From assembly GCA_902575815.1 (NCBI GenBank), contig CACGTA010000001.1, positions 8,147 to 72,146 on the forward strand: DNA of 64,000 nucleotides, written 5' to 3'. This DNA is from an uncultured Alphaproteobacteria bacterium. GTDB taxonomy: Bacteria > Pseudomonadota > Alphaproteobacteria > HIMB59 > GCA-002718135. The notes under the pieces were generated by a model. That model saw nothing but the letters and a program-made list of their open reading frames with translations. It was not told where the DNA came from and did not search any database. The position numbers and the translations under genes are program-made. Position 1 is the stretch's first letter. Each line of letters opens with the position of its first letter. This document shows positions 1 through 9,217 of this stretch, piece by piece.

Positions 1-59
1 AAATGAAGATCACCAGATGGTTGGACACCGGATAGTATTCTTTTTGTTGGCTTTTCCAT
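1..59 (-). CDS. trpS: Tryptophanyl-tRNA synthetase, N-terminal fragment (runs off window edge)
   Basis: The reverse complement of 1-59 reads ATG GAA AAG... = MEKPTKRILSGVQPSGDLH. This is the SG.QPSG.LH pattern at the N-terminus of class I TrpRS. It is not in the ORF track because it is truncated. Confidence 0.65.
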   Translation of the reverse strand, partial: MEKPTKRILSGVQPSGDLH

Positions 60-60
60 A

Positions 61-1608
61 TTATTTTTTTAAATATTCTCTTAACTGATTTACCGATAGG
101 ACTTTTAACACAATTACTAATCCAAAATAAATAATTATAGCTAAAAAGATCATCAGAAGTAAAAGTGTTGAATTTATTAACACTGAATTACCACTAATAT
201 TTGTAAAAAATAGTCCGTTTAATACGTAGATTCCAACAAATAATAGAAATGAACTTAGTAAAATTTTAATGGAATTCCTTACTAATAGATCATCAAATTT
301 CATATGATTCCTAATAGCTAAAAAGAGGTACAGTAATAATGCATTTACCCATGCACTAATTGCTGTTGCAACAGCGATTCCCATTTCTCTCATTGATCCA
401 ATTAAAAGTAGCGATAAGACAACGTTAGTAATCACACTGACAATGGATATGTATAGTGGTGTTTTAGTATCTTCTCTTGCAAAGAAACAAGAAACTAAAA
501 CTTTAATTATAATGTAAGCAGGTAAACCTAAAGCAAAGTAACTTAATACTTTAGCAGTATAAAAAGTATCTTCTGCTACAAAAGCACCTCGTTCAAATAA
601 AATTTGTATAATGGGTTCAGCTAAAATAAATAATCCTATGGCTGATGGTAAAGAAATTAATAACGAAAATTCAATAGATCTATTTTGAATATTATTTGTT
701 GTTTCTTGATCTGATTGTTTAATTGCTTTTGATAAACTTGGTAAAAGAACTATACCAAGTGCTATTCCAAATATCGCAAGTGGTAATTGGTTAAGACGAT
801 CCGCATAATAAATATGACTGATTGCACCAACGGGTAAAAAAGAAGCAATAATAGTTCCAATAACAATATTTAATTGAATAACACCTGAGCCAACAACACC
901 TGGTAAAAATAATTTGAAAAACTTTTTTAATTTTTCATTTAAAACTGGAAGGATAATACGTGGTCGATAAAAATTTAAAACCGCTCTGTATAAATATAAA
1001 AATTGTAAAACTCCTCCTATTAATACACCATACGATAATGCGTGACCTGCAGTAGTTACAAAAGGTGTTAAAAAGAATAATGACAAAATAAAACTTATAT
1101 TCAAAATGGCAGGAGCAAATGCACCAGCAGCGAAGCGTTCATGAACATTATTAATTGAAGCAAAGTGAGCAGCTAAGGATATAAAAATAATATAGGGAAA
1201 AATTATTTTTCCAAAATGCACAGCAAGTTCATAGGCCTCTTTATTATCAGTAAAACCTGGTGCTAAAACTTGAATGATATAAGGCATCCCAAAGAAGAAA
1301 ATGATCGTTAAAACGACCGTAGCAAATAGTAACATTGAGGTCGTGTTTTCAACAAAGTCAGAAGCCTCGCGTTCATCTTTTGGATTGAGAACAACACCAG
1401 AGAAAACAGGGATTAATGCAGCACTGTATGCTCCTTCTGCTAGGACACGGCGAAAGAAATTAGGAATACGAAATGCTACGAAGAAGGCATCAGCAATTAC
1501 TGTCGATCCAAGATATCTTGCTATTAATATGTCTCGAATAAAACCTAATACTCGACTTAAAAATGTATAGAAGCTGACAGTAAAGAATGATCTAAAAAGA
1601 CTCTTCAT
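61..1608 (-). CDS. murJ: Lipid II flippase MurJ/MviN
   Basis: 515-aa polytopic membrane ORF. It has the N-terminal LSRVLGFIRD...A..FG motif and the overall size and hydrophobic layout of MurJ. Confidence 0.9.
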   Translation of the reverse strand: MKSLFRSFFTVSFYTFLSRVLGFIRDILIARYLGSTVIADAFFVAFRIPNFFRRVLAEGAYSAALIPVFSGVVLNPKDEREASDFVENTTSMLLFATVVLTIIFFFGMPYIIQVLAPGFTDNKEAYELAVHFGKIIFPYIIFISLAAHFASINNVHERFAAGAFAPAILNISFILSLFFLTPFVTTAGHALSYGVLIGGVLQFLYLYRAVLNFYRPRIILPVLNEKLKKFFKLFLPGVVGSGVIQLNIVIGTIIASFLPVGAISHIYYADRLNQLPLAIFGIALGIVLLPSLSKAIKQSDQETTNNIQNRSIEFSLLISLPSAIGLFILAEPIIQILFERGAFVAEDTFYTAKVLSYFALGLPAYIIIKVLVSCFFAREDTKTPLYISIVSVITNVVLSLLLIGSMREMGIAVATAISAWVNALLLYLFLAIRNHMKFDDLLVRNSIKILLSSFLLFVGIYVLNGLFFTNISGNSVLINSTLLLLMIFLAIIIYFGLVIVLKVLSVNQLREYLKK

Positions 1609-1662
1609 ATGGTGGTTTTATAGTTTGGTAAGTGATTTGTATAAGTGAAATTTATGGCTTAA

Positions 1663-2346
1663 TTACGAGCCAAAACAATATCCTGCTGATCTCACGGTTC
1701 TTATAAAATCTTCTTTTACGTCATTATTAATGGCCTTTCGCAGTCTTCTTATATGAACATCAACTGTTCGAGGTTCTACATGGGCCTCATTTTTCCAAAC
1801 ATGATTAAGTAATTGTTCGCGGCTAAAGACACGACCAATATTTTCCATGAAGAAAGCTAATAAATTAAATTCTGTTGGACCAAGATGAAGAGTTTCTCCA
1901 TCTCGTGATGCTGAGTGAGATACAAGGTCAATTACTATTCCTTTATAAGTTAAAACTTCATCTACAAACATTGGTCTAATTCGTCGAAGAACAGCTTTTA
2001 CTCTTGCCACTAATTCGTTAACCGAAAAAGGTTTTGTTATGTAATCATCTGCTCCAGTTTCTAAGCCGCGAAGTTTATCTTCTTCTTCGCCTTTTGCTGT
2101 TAACATTATGATAGGAATATTCTTATGTTCTTTATTTTTTCTAATTCTTCTACAAAGTTCAATTCCTGATAGTTTAGGTAACATCCAATCAAGAATAATT
2201 ATGTCAGGTGGTTTATATAATATTTTTTCTAAAGCAGTTTCACCGTCCGTTGCAGTATCTATTTTATATCCTTCTTTATTAAAATTAAATTTAAGAAGAT
2301 CTAGTAATGCTTCTTCATCTTCGACGATAAGCATTTTTAGTTTCAT
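1663..2346 (-). CDS. phoB: Phosphate regulon response regulator PhoB (OmpR family)
   Basis: Receiver domain (LIVEDE...DWMLP...KPF) plus a winged-helix C-terminus (RTVDVHIRRLRKA...IRTVRSAGY). It is the last gene of the pst-phoU array. Confidence 0.9.
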   Translation of the reverse strand: MKLKMLIVEDEEALLDLLKFNFNKEGYKIDTATDGETALEKILYKPPDIIILDWMLPKLSGIELCRRIRKNKEHKNIPIIMLTAKGEEEDKLRGLETGADDYITKPFSVNELVARVKAVLRRIRPMFVDEVLTYKGIVIDLVSHSASRDGETLHLGPTEFNLLAFFMENIGRVFSREQLLNHVWKNEAHVEPRTVDVHIRRLRKAINNDVKEDFIRTVRSAGYCFGS

Positions 2347-2356
2347 GAATCTCTAC

Positions 2357-2385
2357 TATTAAATTTTTGTTACAATTCTATTACA
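2357..2385 (-). promoter_or_regulatory. Three 11-bp-phased heptamers (Pho-box-like) in the phoU-phoB spacer
   Basis: The minus strand reads TGTAATA-GAAT-TGTAACA-AAAA-TTTAATA. The last heptamer ends only 10 nt before the phoB ATG, so a promoter role is doubtful. Confidence 0.25.
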
Positions 2386-2387
2386 AT

Positions 2388-3098
2388 TTATTTTTTCTTT
2401 GGAAGAATTGCTTCCCAGGTTGGGTCTGGATTACCATCAAATAGGGGCTCACCAGAAACTGCATAATAAATATCTTCAGCTATATTTTGTACATAATCAC
2501 CAATTCGCTCTAGGTCTTTAACCATATATAAAAGACTTGTACATGCTGTGATTCTTTTTGGTTCTTCCATCATGTAGGTTAATAGTTGTCTTAATATTCC
2601 AAGATATTCTTCATCAATTTGTCTATCCATTAACCAAACTTTTTTTGCGGCTTGATCTGAAAATTCTAAAAAAGCTTTTATTACTTCACTAATCATTATA
2701 TTTACTTGTGCACCCATATTAATAATATCTCTCGAAGGTTTTTCTGGCAAAACTATTTCTGCTACTGCTACTCTTTTGGCAATATTTGTTGCATGATCTC
2801 CTATTCTTTCTAGATCTTTATTGATTTTAATTGCTGAAAAAATTGTTCGTAAGTCTGCAGCCATCGGTTGTCTTTTGCCAAGTATTTCAACTAAGCTTTG
2901 ATCAAGAGTATTATATGCTTTATCAATTACATCATCGTTTTCTATAATTTTTTCTGCAAATTCTGTATCTTTATCCTTTAAACATTGAAGTGAGTCTTTT
3001 AGTTGATTTTCAACTAAACTGCCCATATCAACAATATTATTTTTAATGTCTCTAATTTCTTCATCATATGATTTTACAATATGTCCTTCTTGTTTCAT
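2388..3098 (-). CDS. phoU: Phosphate signalling complex protein PhoU
   Basis: 236 aa with the duplicated PhoU repeat (two DLERIGD motifs). It abuts pstB with a 1-nt overlap. Confidence 0.9.
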   Translation of the reverse strand: MKQEGHIVKSYDEEIRDIKNNIVDMGSLVENQLKDSLQCLKDKDTEFAEKIIENDDVIDKAYNTLDQSLVEILGKRQPMAADLRTIFSAIKINKDLERIGDHATNIAKRVAVAEIVLPEKPSRDIINMGAQVNIMISEVIKAFLEFSDQAAKKVWLMDRQIDEEYLGILRQLLTYMMEEPKRITACTSLLYMVKDLERIGDYVQNIAEDIYYAVSGEPLFDGNPDPTWEAILPKKK

Positions 3099-3859
3099 TA
3101 ACCAAATCTCCCTGTAATGTAATCCTGTGTTTTTGTATTATCAGGATTTGTAAAAATTTTGTTTGTCTCACCCGTTTCTATTAATTCTCCTAAATGGAAG
3201 AAACATGTTTTCTGCGAAACCCTGGCTGCCTGTTGCATAGAATGAGTTACTATAATAATTGTATAGTTTAATCTTAACTCATCAATTAATTCTTCTATAA
3301 TAGCAGTTGCTATTGGATCTAAAGCAGAGCAAGGTTCATCCATTAGGATTATTTCAGGATTAACAGCAATTGCTCTTGCAATACATAATCGTTGTTGTTG
3401 ACCGCCTGATAAACTTGTTCCAGGTTCATTTAATCGATCTTTTACTTCATCAAATAGACCTGCCTTTTTTAATGATGAATGTACAATTTCTTCTAATTCA
3501 TTTTTTGAGTCAACTAAACCATGTATAGTTGGGCCATAAGCAACATTATCAAAAATAGATTTAGGAAAAGGATTTGGTTTTTGAAATACCATTCCAATTT
3601 TAGATCTTAGACTTACAACATCGGTTTTTTCACTAATAATTTCTTCGTTATCTACTTTTATTGATCCCGATACTTTACATATTTCAATTAAATCATTCAT
3701 TCTGTTTATACATCTTAAGAAAGTTGATTTACCACATCCTGAAGGACCGATTAATGCCGTAACTTCTTTCTCCTTGATATCCATTGAGATTCCAAAAAGA
3801 GCTTGTTTGGATCCATAATATACATCTACACCATTTGCCAATATTTTAGAGTTACTCAT
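3098..3859 (-). CDS. pstB: Phosphate ABC transporter ATP-binding protein PstB
   Basis: Walker [10 protein letters not shown], signature LSGGQQQRL and Walker B ILMDEP. The PstB-typical N-terminus and C-terminal ITGRFG are present. Confidence 0.95.
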   Translation of the reverse strand: MSNSKILANGVDVYYGSKQALFGISMDIKEKEVTALIGPSGCGKSTFLRCINRMNDLIEICKVSGSIKVDNEEIISEKTDVVSLRSKIGMVFQKPNPFPKSIFDNVAYGPTIHGLVDSKNELEEIVHSSLKKAGLFDEVKDRLNEPGTSLSGGQQQRLCIARAIAVNPEIILMDEPCSALDPIATAIIEELIDELRLNYTIIIVTHSMQQAARVSQKTCFFHLGELIETGETNKIFTNPDNTKTQDYITGRFG

Positions 3860-3862
3860 GTT

Positions 3863-5143
3863 TTACCACTTCCTTTCAAATCTATTTCTTAAGAACACTG
3901 CAATGGCATTCATCATAAACAAAAATATTAAAATTACCATTATTGCTGCGGCTGATTTTTCTTGAAAACCTCTTTCTGCACTTTCCACCCAAAGATATAT
4001 TTGAACAGGTAGTGCTGCTGAAGGTTCTGTTAAACCTGTTGGAATATTAGGAATAAATGCAATCATGCCAATCATTATTAGTGGTGCTGTTTCTCCTAAT
4101 GCTTGTGCTAATCCAATAATAGTCCCTGTTAAAGTCCCTGGTAGTGCAAGGGGTACGACATGATGAAATACCGCTTGTGTTTTTGTTGCTCCAACTGCAA
4201 GTGCTCCTTCTTTAATTGAAGGAGGAACAGCTTTCAATGAAGCTCGACAGGCAATGATAATGGTTGGTAACGTCATTAAGGCTAATACGGACCCTCCAAC
4301 TAACGGTGTACTCCTTGGAAGACCAAAAACATTAAGCAATACCCCCAACCCAAGTAGTCCAAAAACTATTGATGGGACTGCTGCTAGATTTGAAATATTT
4401 ACTTCTATTAATTCAGTTATTCTATTTTTTGGAGCAAATTCCTCAAGATAAACAGACGCTCCTATAGCAATTGGAAAAGATAAAATAAAAACAGTAAAAA
4501 GAGTAAATAATGATCCCATAAATGAACCAGCTACACCAGCAATTTCAGGATGCCTTGAATCTGCTTTAGTAAAAAAGAAATTATTAAAAACTTGTTTAAC
4601 TCTATTTTCTTCAACTAATTGATCAACATAACTTAATTGAATATCATTTAATTTTCTTCTATCTTCTGGCACATCCCTTCTTGAATTACCTTTTAATAGT
4701 TGATCCACATCACTATGGGCGGTTACCCAAATTTGTTGCTTAGTATTAATAACTTCAGGATTATCTAAGAAGTAGTCTTTAATTTCCTTATCTACATTTA
4801 TAGAAAATAATTTTTTTACTAATTTAATATCTGATTTTGAGAGATCAGGGAAAAAATTTTCAATAGCCTGTTTTTTAACTCTAAAAAATTTTCCTTTTTC
4901 CATATCTTCATCTGAAGAGTCAGGTGTTAGTTTTAAAACCTCTTGATTATAATCAACTTCTAGGAGAACAATTGTTTTTTGAAAAGCAGTGTATCCTTTA
5001 GAAAATATTGTATACAAAAGAAAAACTAAAACTGCTAAAGATAAACACATAGCTGTAAAGCCGTAATACTTAAATCGCATATCTTCTAGGCTTCTCTTTT
5101 TTCTCAAAGAAACAATTTTTTCTTTAGCAATAGAATTATTCAT
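3863..5143 (-). CDS. pstA: Phosphate ABC transporter permease PstA (long form)
   Basis: 426-aa membrane protein with the EAA-type loop (EGALAVGATKTQ) and a large periplasmic insert after TM1. Its position between pstC and pstB supports the call. Confidence 0.9.
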   Translation of the reverse strand: MNNSIAKEKIVSLRKKRSLEDMRFKYYGFTAMCLSLAVLVFLLYTIFSKGYTAFQKTIVLLEVDYNQEVLKLTPDSSDEDMEKGKFFRVKKQAIENFFPDLSKSDIKLVKKLFSINVDKEIKDYFLDNPEVINTKQQIWVTAHSDVDQLLKGNSRRDVPEDRRKLNDIQLSYVDQLVEENRVKQVFNNFFFTKADSRHPEIAGVAGSFMGSLFTLFTVFILSFPIAIGASVYLEEFAPKNRITELIEVNISNLAAVPSIVFGLLGLGVLLNVFGLPRSTPLVGGSVLALMTLPTIIIACRASLKAVPPSIKEGALAVGATKTQAVFHHVVPLALPGTLTGTIIGLAQALGETAPLIMIGMIAFIPNIPTGLTEPSAALPVQIYLWVESAERGFQEKSAAAIMVILIFLFMMNAIAVFLRNRFERKW

Positions 5144-6509
5144 AACGCTCCCTGTATCTCTTTACTATTTGTAGAGCTATAATGTTAAGAAATAATGTAA
5201 TAACAAATAAAACTAATCCTAAAGCAAATGCTGATAATGTTCTTGGGTTATCAAATTCTTGATCACCTATTAAGGCCACAACAATTTGAACTGTAACTGT
5301 TGTTACGTTTTCAAAAGGATTGCCCGTAAGATTGGGGGCTGTGCCTGCTGCAACTACAACAATCATAGTCTCCCCTATCGCTCTGGATATTGCTAATAAA
5401 AATGCTCCTACAATTCCAGGTAAAGCTGCTGGTAAAATTACTTTTTTAATAGTTTCTGCTTTATTAGCGCCAATACCAAGAGATGCTTCCCTTAGACTTT
5501 GTGGGACAGAGTTTATTACATCATCAGATAAAGAAGAAATAAAAGGAATAATCATAACCCCCATTACCATGCCGGCTGCAAGAGCGCTTGTTGGTGAAGC
5601 ATCAATTCCAATTGATTGTCCAAATGCTTTAACGAAAGGTGCAACACTAACAAAAGCAAAGAACCCGTAAACTATTGTTGGTATCCCTGCCAAAATTTCG
5701 AGAAGAGGTTTAACTATTTTTCTAACTCTTTGACTTGCGTATTCTGCTAAATAAATTGCTGTTAATAATCCAAGAGGTGCCGCAACACACATGGCTACTA
5801 CCATTACTAAAAATGTTCCAGCAAATATTGGTACTGCACCAAAGGATCCCTCTGCAGCTGTTTGACCTTCTCTAATTGGAATAAAAGGATACCACTCAGT
5901 ACTAAATAAAAATTCGAAGATTGATACTTCTGCAAAAAAGCGAAGGCTTTCAAATATTAGTGAAAAAACTATTCCTATTGTAGTGAAAATAGCAACAGAT
6001 GAACAAAATATAAGTATATATTGAATATATTTTTCAATTGTATGTTGAGCATGAAATTCTGGTTTTAATTTTTGTGAAGCGTATAAGGCTCCAAGTAACA
6101 TTATAATGATTATTGAGGTATAAAAAGATATTTGACTTATTTGTCTTAAGGAAGAATAATGAGCTGCAGCATTAATTATTTCTATAGATTTACCATCAGC
6201 AAAAGAAAGGTTATTAGCAACATTTCTAATCTCTGCTAACAATAATCCTTCGTTGTAAACTGCGCCCTCAATATATTCAAAGTTACTAATAACTATGTTT
6301 TGAATAATCTGTTCTTGAAAAATAGCCCATGAAAAATAAACAATTAGTGCAGGAAACAAACACCACATTAAAACGTATTGTGCGTAATAATTGGGAAGAG
6401 ATTTGCTTTTCGTACCTTGTTTTTTAGAGTTTAATTTAATTCTTGATCTTCCGTATATAAAGGATGAGAAAATTCCGACTGCAATTAAAACTAAAGACCA
6501 AAAAAACAT
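5136..6509 (-). CDS. pstC: Phosphate ABC transporter permease PstC (long form)
   Basis: 457-aa membrane protein with the EAA-type loop (REASLGIGANKAETI). It overlaps pstA by 8 nt. Confidence 0.9.
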   Translation of the reverse strand: MFFWSLVLIAVGIFSSFIYGRSRIKLNSKKQGTKSKSLPNYYAQYVLMWCLFPALIVYFSWAIFQEQIIQNIVISNFEYIEGAVYNEGLLLAEIRNVANNLSFADGKSIEIINAAAHYSSLRQISQISFYTSIIIIMLLGALYASQKLKPEFHAQHTIEKYIQYILIFCSSVAIFTTIGIVFSLIFESLRFFAEVSIFEFLFSTEWYPFIPIREGQTAAEGSFGAVPIFAGTFLVMVVAMCVAAPLGLLTAIYLAEYASQRVRKIVKPLLEILAGIPTIVYGFFAFVSVAPFVKAFGQSIGIDASPTSALAAGMVMGVMIIPFISSLSDDVINSVPQSLREASLGIGANKAETIKKVILPAALPGIVGAFLLAISRAIGETMIVVVAAGTAPNLTGNPFENVTTVTVQIVVALIGDQEFDNPRTLSAFALGLVLFVITLFLNIIALQIVKRYRERYE

Positions 6510-6524
6510 TTATAACTTAGTATT

Positions 6525-6550
6525 AAAAAAAAGGGGGCTTGTATGCCCCC
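6525..6550 (-). terminator. Intrinsic terminator/attenuator hairpin between pstS and pstC
   Basis: The minus strand reads GGGGGC-ATACAA-GCCCCC followed by eight T. A GC-only stem stands out in an AT-rich genome. Confidence 0.75.
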
Positions 6551-6572
6551 ATTTTATAAAAATTTAAGATTT

Positions 6573-7580
6573 TTATTTATAATTTGTTTGATTAGAAATA
6601 GCATCAAGAACAGCTGCTCTATCCGCAGGACTTAGTTGAACAAGTCCAGCATCTAGTAAGTAACCTTCTGTTGCTTCTTCACTTACAAACTCATTAACAT
6701 AATCCATTAAACCAGGAATAACACCAATGTGTGCTTTTTTAATGTAGAAGAATAAAGGTCTTGCTATTGGATATGAATAATCTTGGATACCTTCCATAGA
6801 GATTTCAACACCGTTAATCATTGACGCTTTAACTTTATCAGAATTATTAGATACAAAACTATAACCAAAGATACCGAATGCACCTTGTTCTTTAGTTATA
6901 TGCTCAACATACAGTTCATCATTTTCACCACCTTCAATAACATGGCCATCTTCACGATACGCTTGACAATCACCGTCAGCAACTAACATATCTTTAACAC
7001 AACCCTTTTTCATTACAAGTGAGTCAAATGCATCTCTTGTTCCAGAAGTTGGAGGAGGTGCCATGATAGAAATTTCAACTTTTGGTAATCTTTTATCTAT
7101 TTCATACCAAGTTGTTGGAGCATTTGCATTATCTCTAGCCATTGCCTGCCAGATTTCTTCTTTAGTTAAATCAATGCCACCTTTCATTGTAGCACCGTTA
7201 GTATATTTCCATTCATAATCTGCAGCGTATGCAAAAGCTATACCATCATTACCAACTCTAACTTCGATGATATCGGTTACACCGCCATCTTGGCACAGTT
7301 TGAATTCTTTATCTTTTTGTGCTCTTGAAGAGTTAGTGATATCTGGATGTTCAACTCCAACACCTGCACAAAATAATTTGTGTCCTCCACCAGAACCAGT
7401 TGATTCAATTACGGGTGCTTTCATTCCTTCTGATGCCATTTTTTCAGCAACTAAAGTAGCGAAAGGATAAACTGTAGAAGATCCTACAATTGAAATATAG
7501 TCTCTTGCTGAAACTGAAGTAGTTCCAAATAAAGCAAGGACAGCAATTAATTTGATTATATTTTTCATATTAAGCCTCAT
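6573..7580 (-). CDS. pstS: Phosphate ABC transporter substrate-binding protein PstS
   Basis: Signal peptide followed by the IVGSSTVYPF and GSGGG motifs of the PstS/PhoT family. The true start may be the second ATG at 7568 (MKNIIK...). Confidence 0.9.
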   Translation of the reverse strand: MRLNMKNIIKLIAVLALFGTTSVSARDYISIVGSSTVYPFATLVAEKMASEGMKAPVIESTGSGGGHKLFCAGVGVEHPDITNSSRAQKDKEFKLCQDGGVTDIIEVRVGNDGIAFAYAADYEWKYTNGATMKGGIDLTKEEIWQAMARDNANAPTTWYEIDKRLPKVEISIMAPPPTSGTRDAFDSLVMKKGCVKDMLVADGDCQAYREDGHVIEGGENDELYVEHITKEQGAFGIFGYSFVSNNSDKVKASMINGVEISMEGIQDYSYPIARPLFFYIKKAHIGVIPGLMDYVNEFVSEEATEGYLLDAGLVQLSPADRAAVLDAISNQTNYK

Positions 7581-7608
7581 TTAAAATAAGGTTGTCGTAC
7601 AGAATATA

Positions 7609-7626
7609 TATTAAGAATTTATTACA
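7609..7626 (-). promoter_or_regulatory. Pho-box-like phased heptamer pair upstream of pstS
   Basis: The minus strand reads TGTAATA-AATT-CTTAATA. It overlaps the phoR stop codon and ends 28 nt before the pstS ATG. Confidence 0.3.
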
Positions 7627-8663
7627 GTTTGCTGAAATACTGGTAAAGAAATAGTAAATGTTGAACCCTTATCTACCTTGCTTTTTATCGATAATTTACC
7701 ATTATGCCTATTAGTTATATGTTTAACAATAGATAAACCCAAACCCGTACCGCCTTGATTTCGAGATCTATTTTTATCTACTCTATAAAATCTTTCAGTA
7801 AGTCTAGTTAAATGCTCTTTCGATATGCCTTCTCCCTTATCTATAAAACTTATTTGGCAAAAGGTGGTATTGTCATCAATTACACTCTCAAGCTCAATTT
7901 CAATAGTAGAATTTTCTCTGCTATATTTAATTGCATTATCAGTTAGATTTAAAAAAACTTGGATCAAAGCATCTTTGTTTGCTGATATTGTAGACTTATC
8001 AAAATCATCCTTGATTTGAACTTCAATTTTTTTTGCCATTAACTTGTTTTGTAAATTATCTACTACGCCTTCAATTAATTGCCTTATATTCGCTTCTTGA
8101 AATTCTATCGGCTTATCTTCAGTCTCATATTTACTTAGTAATAATAGATCTTCGACTAATCTAGTCATACGCCAAGCCTGATCTTCCATTGTGTCTAAAA
8201 ATTTACCAACCGTTTTGTCATTGATCTTATCTTCATTGAGTGAATTTTTAATTGTTTCAACATAGCCTAGAATTGAGGAAAGAGGAGTTCTCAATTCATG
8301 GCTTACATTAGCCACAAAATCTGTTCGCATTTGTTCGTAGTTTTTAAGAAGACTTTGATCGTTTAGTGATATTAACAATTCTTCATAATCTTTTTCAACA
8401 AATATTAAGTCAGCAATAAAATACATATCACTAAAATTAGATGGGGTGAATTCAAACTTAAAATCTTCTTTCTCCCTAAAGGCTTTATCAACAAAAGTAT
8501 TTAACTCTGTTGATCTAATAATATTATTAAGATCTCTTCCTTCATCAATAAATAAAAATTTTTGTTTAGCTGCATTATTGTAAAAAATTATTTCCTTATT
8601 TGTATCAATTGCAATAATAATCGAAGGTATCTTACTTAGACTTAGTCTTAGTTTTTTTTTCAT
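7611..8663 (-). CDS. phoR: Phosphate regulon sensor histidine kinase PhoR, apparently lacking transmembrane segments
   Basis: PAS-like N-terminus (IIAIDTNKEIIFYNNAA), H-box SHELRTPL, and N/G boxes (DNAIKY, GTGLGLSIV). No hydrophobic N-terminal helices are seen. The position is the usual one upstream of pstS. Confidence 0.8.
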   Translation of the reverse strand: MKKKLRLSLSKIPSIIIAIDTNKEIIFYNNAAKQKFLFIDEGRDLNNIIRSTELNTFVDKAFREKEDFKFEFTPSNFSDMYFIADLIFVEKDYEELLISLNDQSLLKNYEQMRTDFVANVSHELRTPLSSILGYVETIKNSLNEDKINDKTVGKFLDTMEDQAWRMTRLVEDLLLLSKYETEDKPIEFQEANIRQLIEGVVDNLQNKLMAKKIEVQIKDDFDKSTISANKDALIQVFLNLTDNAIKYSRENSTIEIELESVIDDNTTFCQISFIDKGEGISKEHLTRLTERFYRVDKNRSRNQGGTGLGLSIVKHITNRHNGKLSIKSKVDKGSTFTISLPVFQQTVINS

Positions 8664-9132
8664 ATTTTTTTAATTTTGGCCAATCATTGTCACTTAAAAT
8701 ATAACCTACACAATTTCTAGAACCACACTTACAAATGTGATCCACAAAATCTGTATCAAAAGGATAACCATAGTTATAGAAAAGTTCGTCTCCTTTTTTT
8801 ATTCGTTTAATAGAAGAAATCCAAATCTCATTATCTATGATGTCTACTTCACAATTCGGATTACATGAGTGATTAATAAATTTTGCAAAATTATAATCGA
8901 CATCACCGTCTATGTCGTATCGCTTGTTTAGTTCAAAAACATAGACCATGCCGTTATTTTTATCTTTTTTTGCTTTGCGGATTTGTTTATCTGCTCTTTT
9001 GTCACCCTCTCTTTTAGTAACTTTATCACCAATATATTGGATTACTTTCTGGCCTTTTTTAATATTAGTTTTTGCAAATAAGCCAGAACCGTGAAGAGGT
9101 GATTTTTTTTTAAACCAAATTTTCTGTGTCAT
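8632..9132 (-). CDS. SET-domain protein (putative protein-lysine methyltransferase) with post-SET Cys cluster
   Basis: Motifs GSGLFA, NHSCNPN, ELFYNYG and C.CGS.NC. The start is taken at MTQKIWF (9132) rather than the ORF-track ATG at 9207. The 3-prime end overlaps phoR by 32 nt. Confidence 0.8.
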   Translation of the reverse strand: MTQKIWFKKKSPLHGSGLFAKTNIKKGQKVIQYIGDKVTKREGDKRADKQIRKAKKDKNNGMVYVFELNKRYDIDGDVDYNFAKFINHSCNPNCEVDIIDNEIWISSIKRIKKGDELFYNYGYPFDTDFVDHICKCGSRNCVGYILSDNDWPKLKKYEKKTKTKSK

Positions 9133-9217
9133 ACTGTTATTTTTATACAATACACACATATAATAAGAAATTGTATTATAAAATGATACATTTATGTATA
9201 AGACCAAAATTTAATTA

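Noticed and set aside
1301-1570. Many 60-116-aa ORFs in the track lie antisense to, or out of frame within, long well-supported genes. Examples are 1301-1570, 2108-2362, 4254-4451, 5320-5670, 7267-7470, 10742-10981, 12083-12361, 14198-14410, 22343-22681, 31403-31699, 37022-37324, 48999-49307, 54832-55107 and 60998-61336.
   Set aside because: Each lies entirely inside a gene with clear family motifs on the other strand or frame. Their sequences are low-complexity and have no recognisable domains. Long spurious ORFs opposite real genes are expected.
9133-9207. The N-terminal 25-codon extension of the SET ORF (MVLYINVSFYNTISYYMCVLYKNNS) given in the ORF track.
   Set aside because: The extension is hydrophobic low-complexity sequence that covers the divergent promoter spacer. 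The SET domain alignment starts right after the internal MTQKIWF start.
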